From: Acidobacteriota bacterium
Lineage (GTDB): Bacteria; Acidobacteriota; UBA6911; RPQK01; JAJDTT01
Length of the DNA stretch: 64,000 nucleotides
Reading direction: 5' to 3'
NCBI GenBank assembly: GCA_965263035.1
Contig: OZ253580.1
Span: 4,736,001-4,800,000, forward strand
In this document: piece by piece, positions 40,214 to 50,127 of the stretch
How positions within the stretch are numbered: position 1 is the stretch's first letter
Layout of the letters: every line of letters starts with the position of its first letter
Notes under the pieces: generated by a model
Databases searched by the model: none
Seen by the model: only the letters and a program-made list of their open reading frames with translations
Told to the model about the DNA's origin: nothing
Program-made: the position numbers and the translations under genes

Positions 40214-42016
40214 ATGACCGCTCAAGGAGGGGACCTGTCCCAATCGAACGTTGTGGCGCCGCCGAGGACTCGAATCGTCAATTCAGGGCGGTGCCGGTCT
40301 TTTGCGGCACTGGTCCTGCTCACTGCCCTCGATCTTCCCGCCGAATCGAATTTCGGGCCGGACCTCTTCAGCGACCAGGCTCAGGCAGTCGGAATCGATT
40401 TCGTGCACTTCAACGGGATGTCGGGAGAGAAGTACTACTGTGAGATGGTGGGATCGGGCGGCGCCCTGTTCGATTACGACAACGACGGAGACCTGGACCT
40501 CTATATCGTCCAGGGCAACATGTTGGGGCCGGAAAAGACGCTGAAGGACTCCCTCTTTCCGCCGCGGGTCCCGTTGCCTCCGAGAGACCGTCTGTATCGA
40601 AACGACCTGGAGCTCCCGGCAGACGCGAGCCGGAACCTGCGCTTCACCGACGTGACCGGGGAGAGCGGCATCGAGGCCACCGGATACGGCATGGGAGCGG
40701 CGGCGGCCGACGTCGACAACGACGGCTGGATCGACCTCTTCGTGACCAACTTCGGGCGGAACCAGCTGTTTCGCAACAACGGGGACGGCAGCTTCAGCGA
40801 GGCCGCGTTACCGGGAGAGGCCACGCCCCGCTGGAGCGTCAGCGCGGCATTCCTGGACTACGACCGCGACGGGTGGCTCGACCTCTTTGTCGGCAACTAC
40901 GTCAACTTCAGCTTCTCCCACACCAAGGGCTGTTTCGGTTCGACGGGACGTGTCGACTATTGCGGGCCGCTCAGTTACGAGCCGGTCCCGGACCAGTTGT
41001 TTCGCAACCGGGGAGACGGGACCTTTGAGGGTGCATCAGGCGCTTCCCAGATCGCCCGCCAATACAACGGTTCCCTGGGGGTGGTCACGGCCGACTTCAA
41101 CCTGGACGGGTGGATCGACCTCTACGTGGCCAACGACCAGCGGCCCAATCACCTCTGGATGAATCAGAAGGACGGGACCTTCAGCAACGAGGCGTTACTG
41201 GCCGGCTGCGCCTTCAACAAGGATGGGAAGGCGGAGTCGAGCATGGGCGTGGACGCGGCGGACTTCGACAACGACGGCGACGAAGACCTGTTCATGACTC
41301 ATCTTCTGAACGAGACCAACACGCTCTATCGAAACGACGGCACCGGCTGGTTCGAGGACCACTCCTCGGGTACCCGGCTCGCCCCCCCCAGCGTCCCCTT
41401 CACCGGATTCGGAACGGCCTTTCTGGACTACGACAACGATGGCTGGCTGGACGTCCTGGCTCTGAACGGACATGTCTCCACCCTCGAGGTCCTGGCCAGG
41501 GACAATGACCCCTACCCGCTTCATCAGCCCAATCAACTCTTCCGCAACCTGAACGGGGAACGGTTCGAGGACGTGACCGGTGGGGCCGGCCGGGTCTTCG
41601 AGCTCTCGGAAGTGAGCCGGGGCGGGGCCTTCGGGGATGTGGACAATGACGGCGACACGGATGTCCTGGTGGTCAACAACAACGGCCGGGCGCGACTGTT
41701 GATCAACCAGATGGGCCAGCGGCGCCATTGGCTGGGACTACGAATGTTGGACCGGCGGCTCAAAAGGGACCTGTTGGGCACTCGGGTGGGTGTATTCCTG
41801 CCCGGGGGACGGACCCTCTGGCGCCGGGTCCGGACCGACGGGAGTTTCGCCTCGTCCAACGATCCCAGGCTGCTCTTCGGACTCGGAGACGAGACGCGGG
41901 TGTCGAAGGTCCGCGCCCATTGGACAGACGGAACCGTGGAGGAATGGAGCGGCCTACCCATCGACCGATATACGGTTCTCTATCGAGGTACCGGAAAAGC
42001 GGTGACGAACCGATGA
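40214..42016 (+). CDS. CRTAC1/ASPIC-UnbV family FG-GAP protein 1
   Basis: Repeated DxDNDGxxDL motifs; C-terminal GSFASSNDPRLLFGLG. Confidence 0.93.
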   Translation: MTAQGGDLSQSNVVAPPRTRIVNSGRCRSFAALVLLTALDLPAESNFGPDLFSDQAQAVGIDFVHFNGMSGEKYYCEMVGSGGALFDYDNDGDLDLYIVQGNMLGPEKTLKDSLFPPRVPLPPRDRLYRNDLELPADASRNLRFTDVTGESGIEATGYGMGAAAADVDNDGWIDLFVTNFGRNQLFRNNGDGSFSEAALPGEATPRWSVSAAFLDYDRDGWLDLFVGNYVNFSFSHTKGCFGSTGRVDYCGPLSYEPVPDQLFRNRGDGTFEGASGASQIARQYNGSLGVVTADFNLDGWIDLYVANDQRPNHLWMNQKDGTFSNEALLAGCAFNKDGKAESSMGVDAADFDNDGDEDLFMTHLLNETNTLYRNDGTGWFEDHSSGTRLAPPSVPFTGFGTAFLDYDNDGWLDVLALNGHVSTLEVLARDNDPYPLHQPNQLFRNLNGERFEDVTGGAGRVFELSEVSRGGAFGDVDNDGDTDVLVVNNNGRARLLINQMGQRRHWLGLRMLDRRLKRDLLGTRVGVFLPGGRTLWRRVRTDGSFASSNDPRLLFGLGDETRVSKVRAHWTDGTVEEWSGLPIDRYTVLYRGTGKAVTNR

Positions 42017-43874
42017 GCCGGGGAATGAGACGACGCCGAGCGCAGGGAGACCGGCGGACGCCCGTTGCAGGCGCGGGTCTTCTGATTCTGAGCCTGTTTT
42101 TCATGTCAGGTGTCGTGTTCTCCGCCCCCGGCATCTTTACCGACCAGGCTCAGGCGGTGGGAATCGATTTCGTGCACTTCAACGGGATGTCGGGGGAAAA
42201 GTACTACTGTGAGGTGGTGGGACCGGGCGGCGCCCTGTTCGATTACGACAACGACGGAGATCTGGACCTCTATATTGTCCAGGGCAACATGCTGGGGCCG
42301 GAAAAGACTCTGAAGGACTCGCTCTTCCCGCCGCGGGTCCCCTTGCCGCCGAGCGACCGCTTGTATCGAAACGACCTGGAGGTCCGGGCGGACGGGAGCC
42401 GGGTCCTGCGCTTCACCGACGTCACCGGGGAGAGCGGCATCGAGGCCACCGGATACGGCATGGGTGCGGCGGCGGCCGATGTCGACAACGACGGCTGGAT
42501 CGACCTCTACGTGACCAACTTCGGGCGGAATCAGCTGTTTCGAAACAACGGGAACGGCAGCTTCAGCGAGGCCGCATTGCCGGGAGAGGCCGCGCCCCGC
42601 TGGAGCGTCAGCGCGGCGTTCCTGGACTACGACCGCGACGGTTGGCTCGATCTCTTCGTCGGCAACTACGTCAACTTCAGCTTCTCCTATACCAAGGACT
42701 GTTTCGGTGCGACGGGGCGCGTCGACTATTGCGGCCCCCTCAGCTATGAGGCCGTCCCGGATCAGTTGTTTCGGAATCGGGGAGACGGGACGTTCCAGGA
42801 CGTATCGGCTTCCTCCCAGATCGCCCGCCAATACAACGGTTCCCTGGGGGTGGTCGCGGCCGACTTCAACCAGGACGGCTGGATCGACCTCTACGTGGCC
42901 AACGACCAGCGGCCCAATCATCTCTGGATGAATCAGAAAGACGGCACCTTCAGCAATGAGGCGTTGCTGGCCGGCTGCGCCTTCAACAAGGACGGGAAGG
43001 CGGAGTCGAGCATGGGCGTGGATGCCGCCGACTTCGACAACGACGGCGACGAAGATCTGTTCATGACGCATCTCCTGAACGAGACCAACACGCTCTATCG
43101 GAACGACGGCACCGGCTGGTTCGAGGACCAGTCCTCGGGGACCCTGCTCGCGTCCCCCAGCGTCCCCTTCACCGGATGGGGAACGGCCTTTCTGGACTAC
43201 GACAACGACGGCTGGCTGGACGTCCTGGCGTTGAACGGCCATGTCGACACCCTCGAGGCCCTGGCCAAGATCAATGACCCCTACCCGCTTCATCAGCGCA
43301 ATCAGCTCTTCCGCAACTTGGACGGGGGACGGTTCGAGGACGTGACCGGTGGGGCCGGACGGGTTTTCGAACTCTCGGAAGTGAGCCGGGGCGGGGCCTT
43401 CGGAGATGTGGACAACGACGGCGACACGGATGTCCTGGTGGTCAACAATAACGGCCGGGTGCGGCTTTTGATCAACCAGATCGGCCAGCGGCGTCATTGG
43501 CTGGGATTGCGGTTGTTGGATCGGCGGCTCAAGAGGGACCTGCTGGGCACTCGAGTGGGGGTATTCCTCCCCGCAGGGCGGACCCTCTGGCGCCGCGTCC
43601 GGACCGACGGGAGTTTCGCTTCGTCCAACGATCCCAGGTTGATCTTCGGACTCGGAGACGAGACGCGGGTGTTGAAGGTCCGCGCCTATTGGCCGGACGG
43701 AACTGAGGAGGAATGGAGCGGTCTGTCCATCGACCGATATACGGTTCTTTATCGGGGCAGCGGAGAAGCGGTGACGAACCGATGAGCAGGCGGACGGGAC
43801 GACGGCGGTTCTCGGAAGACCGGCAAAGGCGGGACGCGACGGCGGTTCTGCTGATTCTGGGCTTGATCTCCATG
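40372..43874 (+). repeat. Tandem duplication with 1769-bp period
   Basis: 40372..42019 aligns without offset change to 42141..43788 at high identity; weaker similarity continues for 31 codons into the next gene. Confidence 0.9.
42013..43785 (+). CDS. CRTAC1/ASPIC-UnbV family FG-GAP protein 2 (recent paralog of protein 1)
   Basis: ATGA overlap at 42013-42016; near-identical mature sequence. Confidence 0.93.
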   Translation: MSRGMRRRRAQGDRRTPVAGAGLLILSLFFMSGVVFSAPGIFTDQAQAVGIDFVHFNGMSGEKYYCEVVGPGGALFDYDNDGDLDLYIVQGNMLGPEKTLKDSLFPPRVPLPPSDRLYRNDLEVRADGSRVLRFTDVTGESGIEATGYGMGAAAADVDNDGWIDLYVTNFGRNQLFRNNGNGSFSEAALPGEAAPRWSVSAAFLDYDRDGWLDLFVGNYVNFSFSYTKDCFGATGRVDYCGPLSYEAVPDQLFRNRGDGTFQDVSASSQIARQYNGSLGVVAADFNQDGWIDLYVANDQRPNHLWMNQKDGTFSNEALLAGCAFNKDGKAESSMGVDAADFDNDGDEDLFMTHLLNETNTLYRNDGTGWFEDQSSGTLLASPSVPFTGWGTAFLDYDNDGWLDVLALNGHVDTLEALAKINDPYPLHQRNQLFRNLDGGRFEDVTGGAGRVFELSEVSRGGAFGDVDNDGDTDVLVVNNNGRVRLLINQIGQRRHWLGLRLLDRRLKRDLLGTRVGVFLPAGRTLWRRVRTDGSFASSNDPRLIFGLGDETRVLKVRAYWPDGTEEEWSGLSIDRYTVLYRGSGEAVTNR

Positions 43875-45266
43875 GTCCGCTTCGTGAACCCGGCGCCAAT
43901 CGAGAAGCTTCCTCCCGTGCCGGACCTGACTTCTTGGAAGGATGAGTTCGACGCCACGGCGTGGGAACAGATCGAGGCGGCGGTGAACCGACTGCGCTCG
44001 GAGCCCAAGGCCGCGGAGGCCAACGGCCGGCTGGGCATGATTCTCCATGCCCATGAGCGGTACAAGCTGGCGGAGCCGCTTTATCTCAGGTCTCACCTGT
44101 TGGCCCCCGATCATTACCCCTGGGCCTACTACCTGGGAGTCGTCCGGGTCCCGCTGGGACAGCTGGAGGGCGCCGCGGCCGGGTTTCGTCAGGCCGTGGC
44201 CCTCAAGCCGGACGACCTCCCGGCGCGCCTTGCGCTGGCGGACGTTCTCCGCGAGCTGGGCCAGTCGGATGAAAGCCGCGAGGCGTACGAACGGATCATC
44301 CGGGACCACCCCGGCTCGCCTGTGGCCCATTATGGTCTGGGGCGGGTCCACGCCGGGACAGGCGATCTGCAAGGGGCGGTCAAACACTTACGGAAGGCGT
44401 GCGAGTTGTTTCCTGAATTCGGGGCCAGTCACTACGCTATCGGTCTGGCCTATCGGAACCTGGGCGAGGGGGCCAAGATGCAGGAGCATCTCGTCCGGTT
44501 CCGGCAAAGCTCGACCCAGGAGCCTCCCCGTCAGGACCCGTTGCTGGACGCGATCGAGTCACTCGGTTCCAGAGCCGCCTGGTACCTGGAGAAGGGGATC
44601 GCCCTTCGCGACCAAGGAGATTTCCGAGCCGCAGCGGCCGCTTTCCAAAAGGCCCTGGAAATCGACCCGGATCACTCGGTGGTCCACGGGAATCTCTCCT
44701 CCTTGTACGTTGTATTGGGTGACGCGGCAAAGGTGGAGGAACACTACCGCAAGGCGGTGGCCATCGACCCGGGCATGTACAAGACGCACTACAACTTCGG
44801 CATGTTCCTGGGCATGTCCGGCCGCAAGAGGGAGGCCGAGGAGATGCTGAGAAAGGCTCTGGCAATCAATCCCTATCACTCCCTGAGTCACAACAACCTG
44901 GGATACCTGCTGGCGCAGCAGGGCCAAGCCGAAGAAGCAGCACGGCATTTCCGTCTGGCCATCCAGTACGAGCCCAATTTCCATCTCCCCCACTTCAATC
45001 TGGCCCGCCTGCTCATGACCCAGGGAAAGCCCGCCGAAGCGGTTCGGCACCTGGAGAAGACGCTGGAGCCGGAAGATGAGGGCACGCCCGTGTACCTGCA
45101 CACCCTGGCCCTGGCCTGGATCCAATTGAAACAGTTTCAGAAGGCCAAGGAGGTGGCGATGAAGGCGAAGCAGCTGGCTGGTGCATCCAGGCAGCATTCC
45201 CTGCTGCGGGAAATCGAAGAACTCCTGACCCGGTTGGAGCGGGTGAGTGCGCTTGGCACCGAATAG
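43782..45266 (+). CDS. Tetratricopeptide repeat protein with N-terminal signal/anchor
   Basis: ATGA overlap; repeated AHYGLG, HYNFG, HNNLG, HFNLA TPR units. Confidence 0.93.
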   Translation: MSRRTGRRRFSEDRQRRDATAVLLILGLISMVRFVNPAPIEKLPPVPDLTSWKDEFDATAWEQIEAAVNRLRSEPKAAEANGRLGMILHAHERYKLAEPLYLRSHLLAPDHYPWAYYLGVVRVPLGQLEGAAAGFRQAVALKPDDLPARLALADVLRELGQSDESREAYERIIRDHPGSPVAHYGLGRVHAGTGDLQGAVKHLRKACELFPEFGASHYAIGLAYRNLGEGAKMQEHLVRFRQSSTQEPPRQDPLLDAIESLGSRAAWYLEKGIALRDQGDFRAAAAAFQKALEIDPDHSVVHGNLSSLYVVLGDAAKVEEHYRKAVAIDPGMYKTHYNFGMFLGMSGRKREAEEMLRKALAINPYHSLSHNNLGYLLAQQGQAEEAARHFRLAIQYEPNFHLPHFNLARLLMTQGKPAEAVRHLEKTLEPEDEGTPVYLHTLALAWIQLKQFQKAKEVAMKAKQLAGASRQHSLLREIEELLTRLERVSALGTE

Positions 45267-45279
45267 GACGAGGGTTCCG

Positions 45280-47001
45280 ATGAGCCGGTTTCTGCCCGCG
45301 TTCGTTCTGACTCTGGCCGGAATCCTGTCAGGCGGACGACTGGAGGCGGGGGAGGATTCCGTAGTCCGGGAATCGGCCCGAGAGTTGGGTCTGGACTTCC
45401 ATCATTTCATCGGCGCCACCGGAGAGTTCCATCTGCCCGAGATCATGGGCTCCGGAGTGGGGCTGTTGGACTACGACGGCGACGGTGACCTGGACGTCTA
45501 CCTGATCCAGGGAGCGATGCTTGACCCGGCCCAGACCCTCTCCCAATCTCTGTATCCGTTCCCCGGACGCCGGCCGCCCCGCAACCGCCTCTTCCGCAAT
45601 CAGTTGAAGGAGACGGGCCGGCTCGGGTTCATGGATGCGACCGGCGTCGCCGGTGTGGGACACGAGGGGTACGGGATGGGCCTGGCCGTCGGCGACTACG
45701 ACGGCGACGGCGATCTGGACCTCTATCTGACCAATTTCGGACCCAACGTGTTGTATCGGAACCGCGGCGACGGGACCTTCCAGGACGTGACGCGAAACGC
45801 CGGCGTGGACGACCCCAGGTTCAGCACCAGCGCCACCTTTCTGGACTACGACGGGGACGGCGACCTGGACCTCTACGTCGCCAACTACGTCTCCTTTACC
45901 GTCAGGGGGAACAAGGCCTGCGGCGAGACCCGCCGGGACTACTGTTCGCCCAGCGTCTACGAGCCGTTACCGGACCGGCTGTTTCGGAACCTGGGGAGCG
46001 GCAAGTTCGAAGACGCCAGCGAGGAAGCCGGACTGGGTGTCGCCTTCGGAGCCGGACTGGGCGTCATCGCGGTGGACGCCAACCGGGACCGCCGGTTGGA
46101 TCTCTACGTCGCCAATGACGGGACTCCCAATCAACTGTGGATCAACGACGGCAAGGGAGGCTTCGAGGATTTCGGGCTGATGTCGGGGGTCGCGTACAAT
46201 GCCGACGGCGTGGCGGAGGCGGGCATGGGCGTGACGGCCGCCGATTTTGACGGCGACGGCGACGAGGACATCTTCGTCACCCACAACCAGCGAGAGACCA
46301 ATACCCTCTACCTGGGCGACCTGGCCACGGGCTTCACCGACGCCACCTCTCGATTCGCGCTGGCCCAAGCGAGTGTTCCGTACACCGGATTCGGGACCCT
46401 CTGGTTCGATTACGATCTCGACGGCTGGCTGGACCTGTTTGTGGCCAACGGGGCGGTCACCGTGGATGAGAACCAGCCCTCCGATTCGGATTATCCTTAC
46501 GCCCAGAGGAACCAGCTCTTTCGGAACCACGGCCGGGGAGCGTATCGGGAGGTGGCCGCGGCTGCCGCGGGACCGGGAATGGAACTGGTCGAAGTCAGCC
46601 GGGGAGCCGCCTTCGGGGACCTGGACGACGATGGAGACGTGGATGTGGTGCTGGCGAACAACAACGGTCCGGCCCGTCTTCTGCTCAACCGGATGGCATC
46701 GGGGAGCCGCTGGCTGGGCGTGCGCCTGGAAGGCGAGAATAGCCCCTACGCCGGAATTGACCAGGCGGGCGTCGCCGTGTTGCGGGAGGGACTCCCGCCC
46801 CTCTGGCGCCGCTGCCGCACCGACGGCAGCTATTTGAGCGCCCATGACGGGCGGGTCCATTTCGGACTCGGTGCAGACGTTGAGCTCAAGGGCGTTGCCG
46901 TCGAATGGCCGGATGGCCGATGCGAGATCTGGTCCGGCATCAGTTCCGGCCGCTACGTGACGTTGCGCCGTGGTTCGGGGCAGCCTTGCGATTCCGAGTG
47001 A
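45280..47001 (+). CDS. CRTAC1/ASPIC-UnbV family FG-GAP protein 3
   Basis: DYDGDGDLD repeats; GSYLSAHDGRVHFGLG. Confidence 0.93.
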   Translation: MSRFLPAFVLTLAGILSGGRLEAGEDSVVRESARELGLDFHHFIGATGEFHLPEIMGSGVGLLDYDGDGDLDVYLIQGAMLDPAQTLSQSLYPFPGRRPPRNRLFRNQLKETGRLGFMDATGVAGVGHEGYGMGLAVGDYDGDGDLDLYLTNFGPNVLYRNRGDGTFQDVTRNAGVDDPRFSTSATFLDYDGDGDLDLYVANYVSFTVRGNKACGETRRDYCSPSVYEPLPDRLFRNLGSGKFEDASEEAGLGVAFGAGLGVIAVDANRDRRLDLYVANDGTPNQLWINDGKGGFEDFGLMSGVAYNADGVAEAGMGVTAADFDGDGDEDIFVTHNQRETNTLYLGDLATGFTDATSRFALAQASVPYTGFGTLWFDYDLDGWLDLFVANGAVTVDENQPSDSDYPYAQRNQLFRNHGRGAYREVAAAAAGPGMELVEVSRGAAFGDLDDDGDVDVVLANNNGPARLLLNRMASGSRWLGVRLEGENSPYAGIDQAGVAVLREGLPPLWRRCRTDGSYLSAHDGRVHFGLGADVELKGVAVEWPDGRCEIWSGISSGRYVTLRRGSGQPCDSE

Positions 47002-47093
47002 AGGGCCGGGTCACGGACGCACGGGACGTCTGTCGAGAACGGGAGTCGGCAGTATACTGGGACGAAAGGGGCGATAGCCGGACGAGTCGAATC

Positions 47094-49097
47094 ATGGAAA
47101 CAACGCATTTGGCCGGGAAGAAGATTTGGGAGCGGCTCTGCTTGGGCCGTTCGTGGGGCTGGTTGAAGACGGGGGTCCTGGTTCTGGTCCTGTCCGGTTG
47201 GAGCCAGGAAGCCGCTGGGCAGAAGGAAGACTCCGAGGCCGCGGCGCGAGTATTGGCTGTTCCCGGCACGGTTCTTGCGCCGGAATGGATGGAGTTTCGC
47301 AAGGAACTGCAGGTCGAAAGCAAGGACACCCTCGGCGTGTTTCACGATTTTCGGTTCTCGGACCGCGTCGAAGAGAGCGGAATCGAGTTCGTTCACCGGA
47401 TCGTGGATGACTCGGGGAAGTACTGGAAACCGGTGCACTACGACCACGGGAACGGAATCGCCGCCGCGGACGTGGACGGCGACGGGCTCGAGGACATCTA
47501 TTTCCTCAACCAGATTGGAGCCAATCAACTCTGGCGAAACCTGGGCCGGGGCCGGTTCCGGGACCTGACCGAAATGGCGGGAGTGGGCTTGGCCGACAGG
47601 ATCAGTGTGGCGGCCTCCTTCGCCGACGTCGACAACGACGGCGACGCCGACCTCTTCGTCACCACCGTGCGTCGCGGGAACGTCCTGTTCGAAAACCGGG
47701 GAAAGGGCCGGTTCCGGGACGTGACCAGGGAATCGGGCCTCGTCTACTCGGGGCACTCATCCGGAAGCGTGTTCTTCGATTACGATCGAGACGGCCTCTT
47801 GGACCTGTTCGTGACCAATGTGGGCGTGTACACCACCGACCAGGTCGGCAGGGGAGGTTACTTCGTCGGAGTGGACGATGCCTTCGGGGGGCACCTGCGG
47901 CCGGAGCGTACGGAGAAGAGCCTGCTCTACAGGAACCTGGGCAATCGCCGGTTCGAGGAGGTCTCCCAGAGACTGGGACTCGTCGATGAAGGTTGGAGCG
48001 GCGACGCCAATCCCATCGACGTCAACCGGGACGGTTGGCCCGACCTCTACGTCCTGAACATGCAGGGCAACGACGAGTACTACGAGAACGTGGAGGGCCG
48101 GAAGTTCGTCAAGAAGAGCCGGGAGCTGTTTCCCGCGACCCCTTGGGGCTCGATGGGGATCCAGGTCTTCGATTTCGACAACGACGGGCGCATGGATATC
48201 TTTCTGACCGACATGCATTCGGATATGAGCGAAAACATCCCTCCCCTCTTCGAGAAGCTCAAGTCGCAGATGCTATGGACTCCGGCACGCTTGGCCGTTC
48301 CGCGCGAGCAGAGCATCTACGGGAATGCGTTCTATCTCAACCAGGGTCAGGGCCGATTCCGGGAAGTCTCCGACCAGGTCGGCGCCGAGAACTACTGGCC
48401 CTGGGGGCTCAGCGCCGGAGATCTGAACGCCGACGGCTACATCGACGCCTTCATCGCGTCGAGCATGAACTATCCGTTTCGTTACGGGGTCAATTCCGTC
48501 CTGCTCAACGACCGGGGAAAGACCTTTCGGGACAGCGAGTTCATTCTGGGCGTGGAGCCCAGGCGCGGGAACCGTACCGCCGGACCCTGGTTCGAACTGG
48601 ACTGTGACGGCGAGGACAAGACGCATACCGGGTGCCAGGGACGAAGCGGCCGATTCACGGTCTGGGCCGCCTTGGGGACCCGGTCATCGGTGATATTCGA
48701 TTTGGATGGAGACGGCGACCAGGACATCGTCACGAACGAGTTCAACTCCGAACCGATGGTGCTGGTCAGCGATCTGGCCGAGAGAAACCGGATCCGCTAC
48801 CTGAAGGTGAAGCTGCAGGGTGGGCGCAGCAACCGGGACGGACTTGGCGCCCGGGTGACGCTGCAGGCCGGAGCCCGAAGTTATACTCGGGTCCACGACG
48901 GCAAATTGGGCTACCTCTCGCAGAGCCGGTTGCCCCTTTACTTCGGACTGGGGAACGCGAGCCTCGTAGACCGGATCGAGGTGATCTGGCCCTCTGGAGA
49001 ACGCCAAGTCGTTTCCGGACCCATCCAGGCCAACCAACAGCTGGAAGTCAAGGAACCGGCGGGCCAGGCGCCGGTTCCGAATGAGGTGAAACCATGA
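47094..49097 (+). CDS. CRTAC1/ASPIC-UnbV family FG-GAP protein 4 (divergent)
   Basis: DVDGDG and DVDNDG repeats; SNRDGLGARV, GYLSQSRLPLYFGLG; start uncertain. Confidence 0.9.
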   Translation: METTHLAGKKIWERLCLGRSWGWLKTGVLVLVLSGWSQEAAGQKEDSEAAARVLAVPGTVLAPEWMEFRKELQVESKDTLGVFHDFRFSDRVEESGIEFVHRIVDDSGKYWKPVHYDHGNGIAAADVDGDGLEDIYFLNQIGANQLWRNLGRGRFRDLTEMAGVGLADRISVAASFADVDNDGDADLFVTTVRRGNVLFENRGKGRFRDVTRESGLVYSGHSSGSVFFDYDRDGLLDLFVTNVGVYTTDQVGRGGYFVGVDDAFGGHLRPERTEKSLLYRNLGNRRFEEVSQRLGLVDEGWSGDANPIDVNRDGWPDLYVLNMQGNDEYYENVEGRKFVKKSRELFPATPWGSMGIQVFDFDNDGRMDIFLTDMHSDMSENIPPLFEKLKSQMLWTPARLAVPREQSIYGNAFYLNQGQGRFREVSDQVGAENYWPWGLSAGDLNADGYIDAFIASSMNYPFRYGVNSVLLNDRGKTFRDSEFILGVEPRRGNRTAGPWFELDCDGEDKTHTGCQGRSGRFTVWAALGTRSSVIFDLDGDGDQDIVTNEFNSEPMVLVSDLAERNRIRYLKVKLQGGRSNRDGLGARVTLQAGARSYTRVHDGKLGYLSQSRLPLYFGLGNASLVDRIEVIWPSGERQVVSGPIQANQQLEVKEPAGQAPVPNEVKP

Positions 49098-50110
49098 GCA
49101 ATAAGGTGGTGCGGCGGTGGATGGGCGTTCTGGCAGCGGCTGCGATCGTTGCGGCCGGACCGGGTTGCGGCGGTCCGTCCCAAGAGGCGCCGGAGCCCGA
49201 CGAAACTGCGGTTGAGGAAACCGCGCTTCCCAGCTTGGTGACGCAGGCGGAGCACGAGTCCACCAAGGCCAAGTTGACGGTGCAGTTCAGCGACGATTTC
49301 AACCAGGCTTACGGTCCGCCGGACCAGTTCGACCTGAAACGTTGGATCCGCTTGCCAACGGCCCGGGCGCGAATCCGGGATGGACACTGGTTGCTGGAAA
49401 TCGAGCGGGCGCCCCCTCCCGGACCCGGCGACGCCGTTCTGGGCGGTTTTGGCACGACCGGGAAATATTTCAATCCCGGATTGGCCGGGACCAACGGCGC
49501 AGAGGTGACCGTCGGCGTGTTCAGCCACGAGGACTACCCGGAGGAAATGAACAAGCCGGGACAACTGGTCCAAGCGTGGAGCATCACGCTGGGCAGTTGG
49601 CACGGGTTCGTGGGTGGCCAGAAGGACGAGGATCGGGGAGTACAGCTCCATTTCGATCTGTTGCGAGACGATGGGCTCTTCGTCTACCTGGTGCGCGGTC
49701 TCAGGCCCGATGACTTCGACAAGTATCCGAGGGACGCCTTCGGGACCGAAGAGGGCAAGAACATGACTCCCCAGGAACTCAGGGTCGCCCATGAAGCGGC
49801 CATCGAAACGGGTGGTCCCTACGTGACCGTCCCCTGCCTGGCGCTCGCCACCCGGGTTTATCGGGACCCGGCGGAGATCGACGACTTGTTGGAGCGACCT
49901 CGGCGCTGGGGAGTCTACCTGACCGACGACGCCAACACCGTCTACTGGACCCTGGACGACCAGGTGATGGACGTCTTGGACATCACCGGTTACTTCAGTT
50001 CCGGATCCAAGTCGGTGGAGGACGGCGCACTCATCACCATCATGGGAGTCGCCACGAACCAGCTCAACGTCTGGAAGATGGACGATCTGGAGTTTCGCGC
50101 GTCTCCCTGA
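49094..50110 (+). CDS. Hypothetical lipoprotein
   Basis: ATGA overlap with the upstream gene; hydrophobic stretch ending in GPGC; beta-rich body. Confidence 0.75.
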   Translation: MSNKVVRRWMGVLAAAAIVAAGPGCGGPSQEAPEPDETAVEETALPSLVTQAEHESTKAKLTVQFSDDFNQAYGPPDQFDLKRWIRLPTARARIRDGHWLLEIERAPPPGPGDAVLGGFGTTGKYFNPGLAGTNGAEVTVGVFSHEDYPEEMNKPGQLVQAWSITLGSWHGFVGGQKDEDRGVQLHFDLLRDDGLFVYLVRGLRPDDFDKYPRDAFGTEEGKNMTPQELRVAHEAAIETGGPYVTVPCLALATRVYRDPAEIDDLLERPRRWGVYLTDDANTVYWTLDDQVMDVLDITGYFSSGSKSVEDGALITIMGVATNQLNVWKMDDLEFRASP

Positions 50111-50127
50111 CGGCCGGCCGGTTCCGA

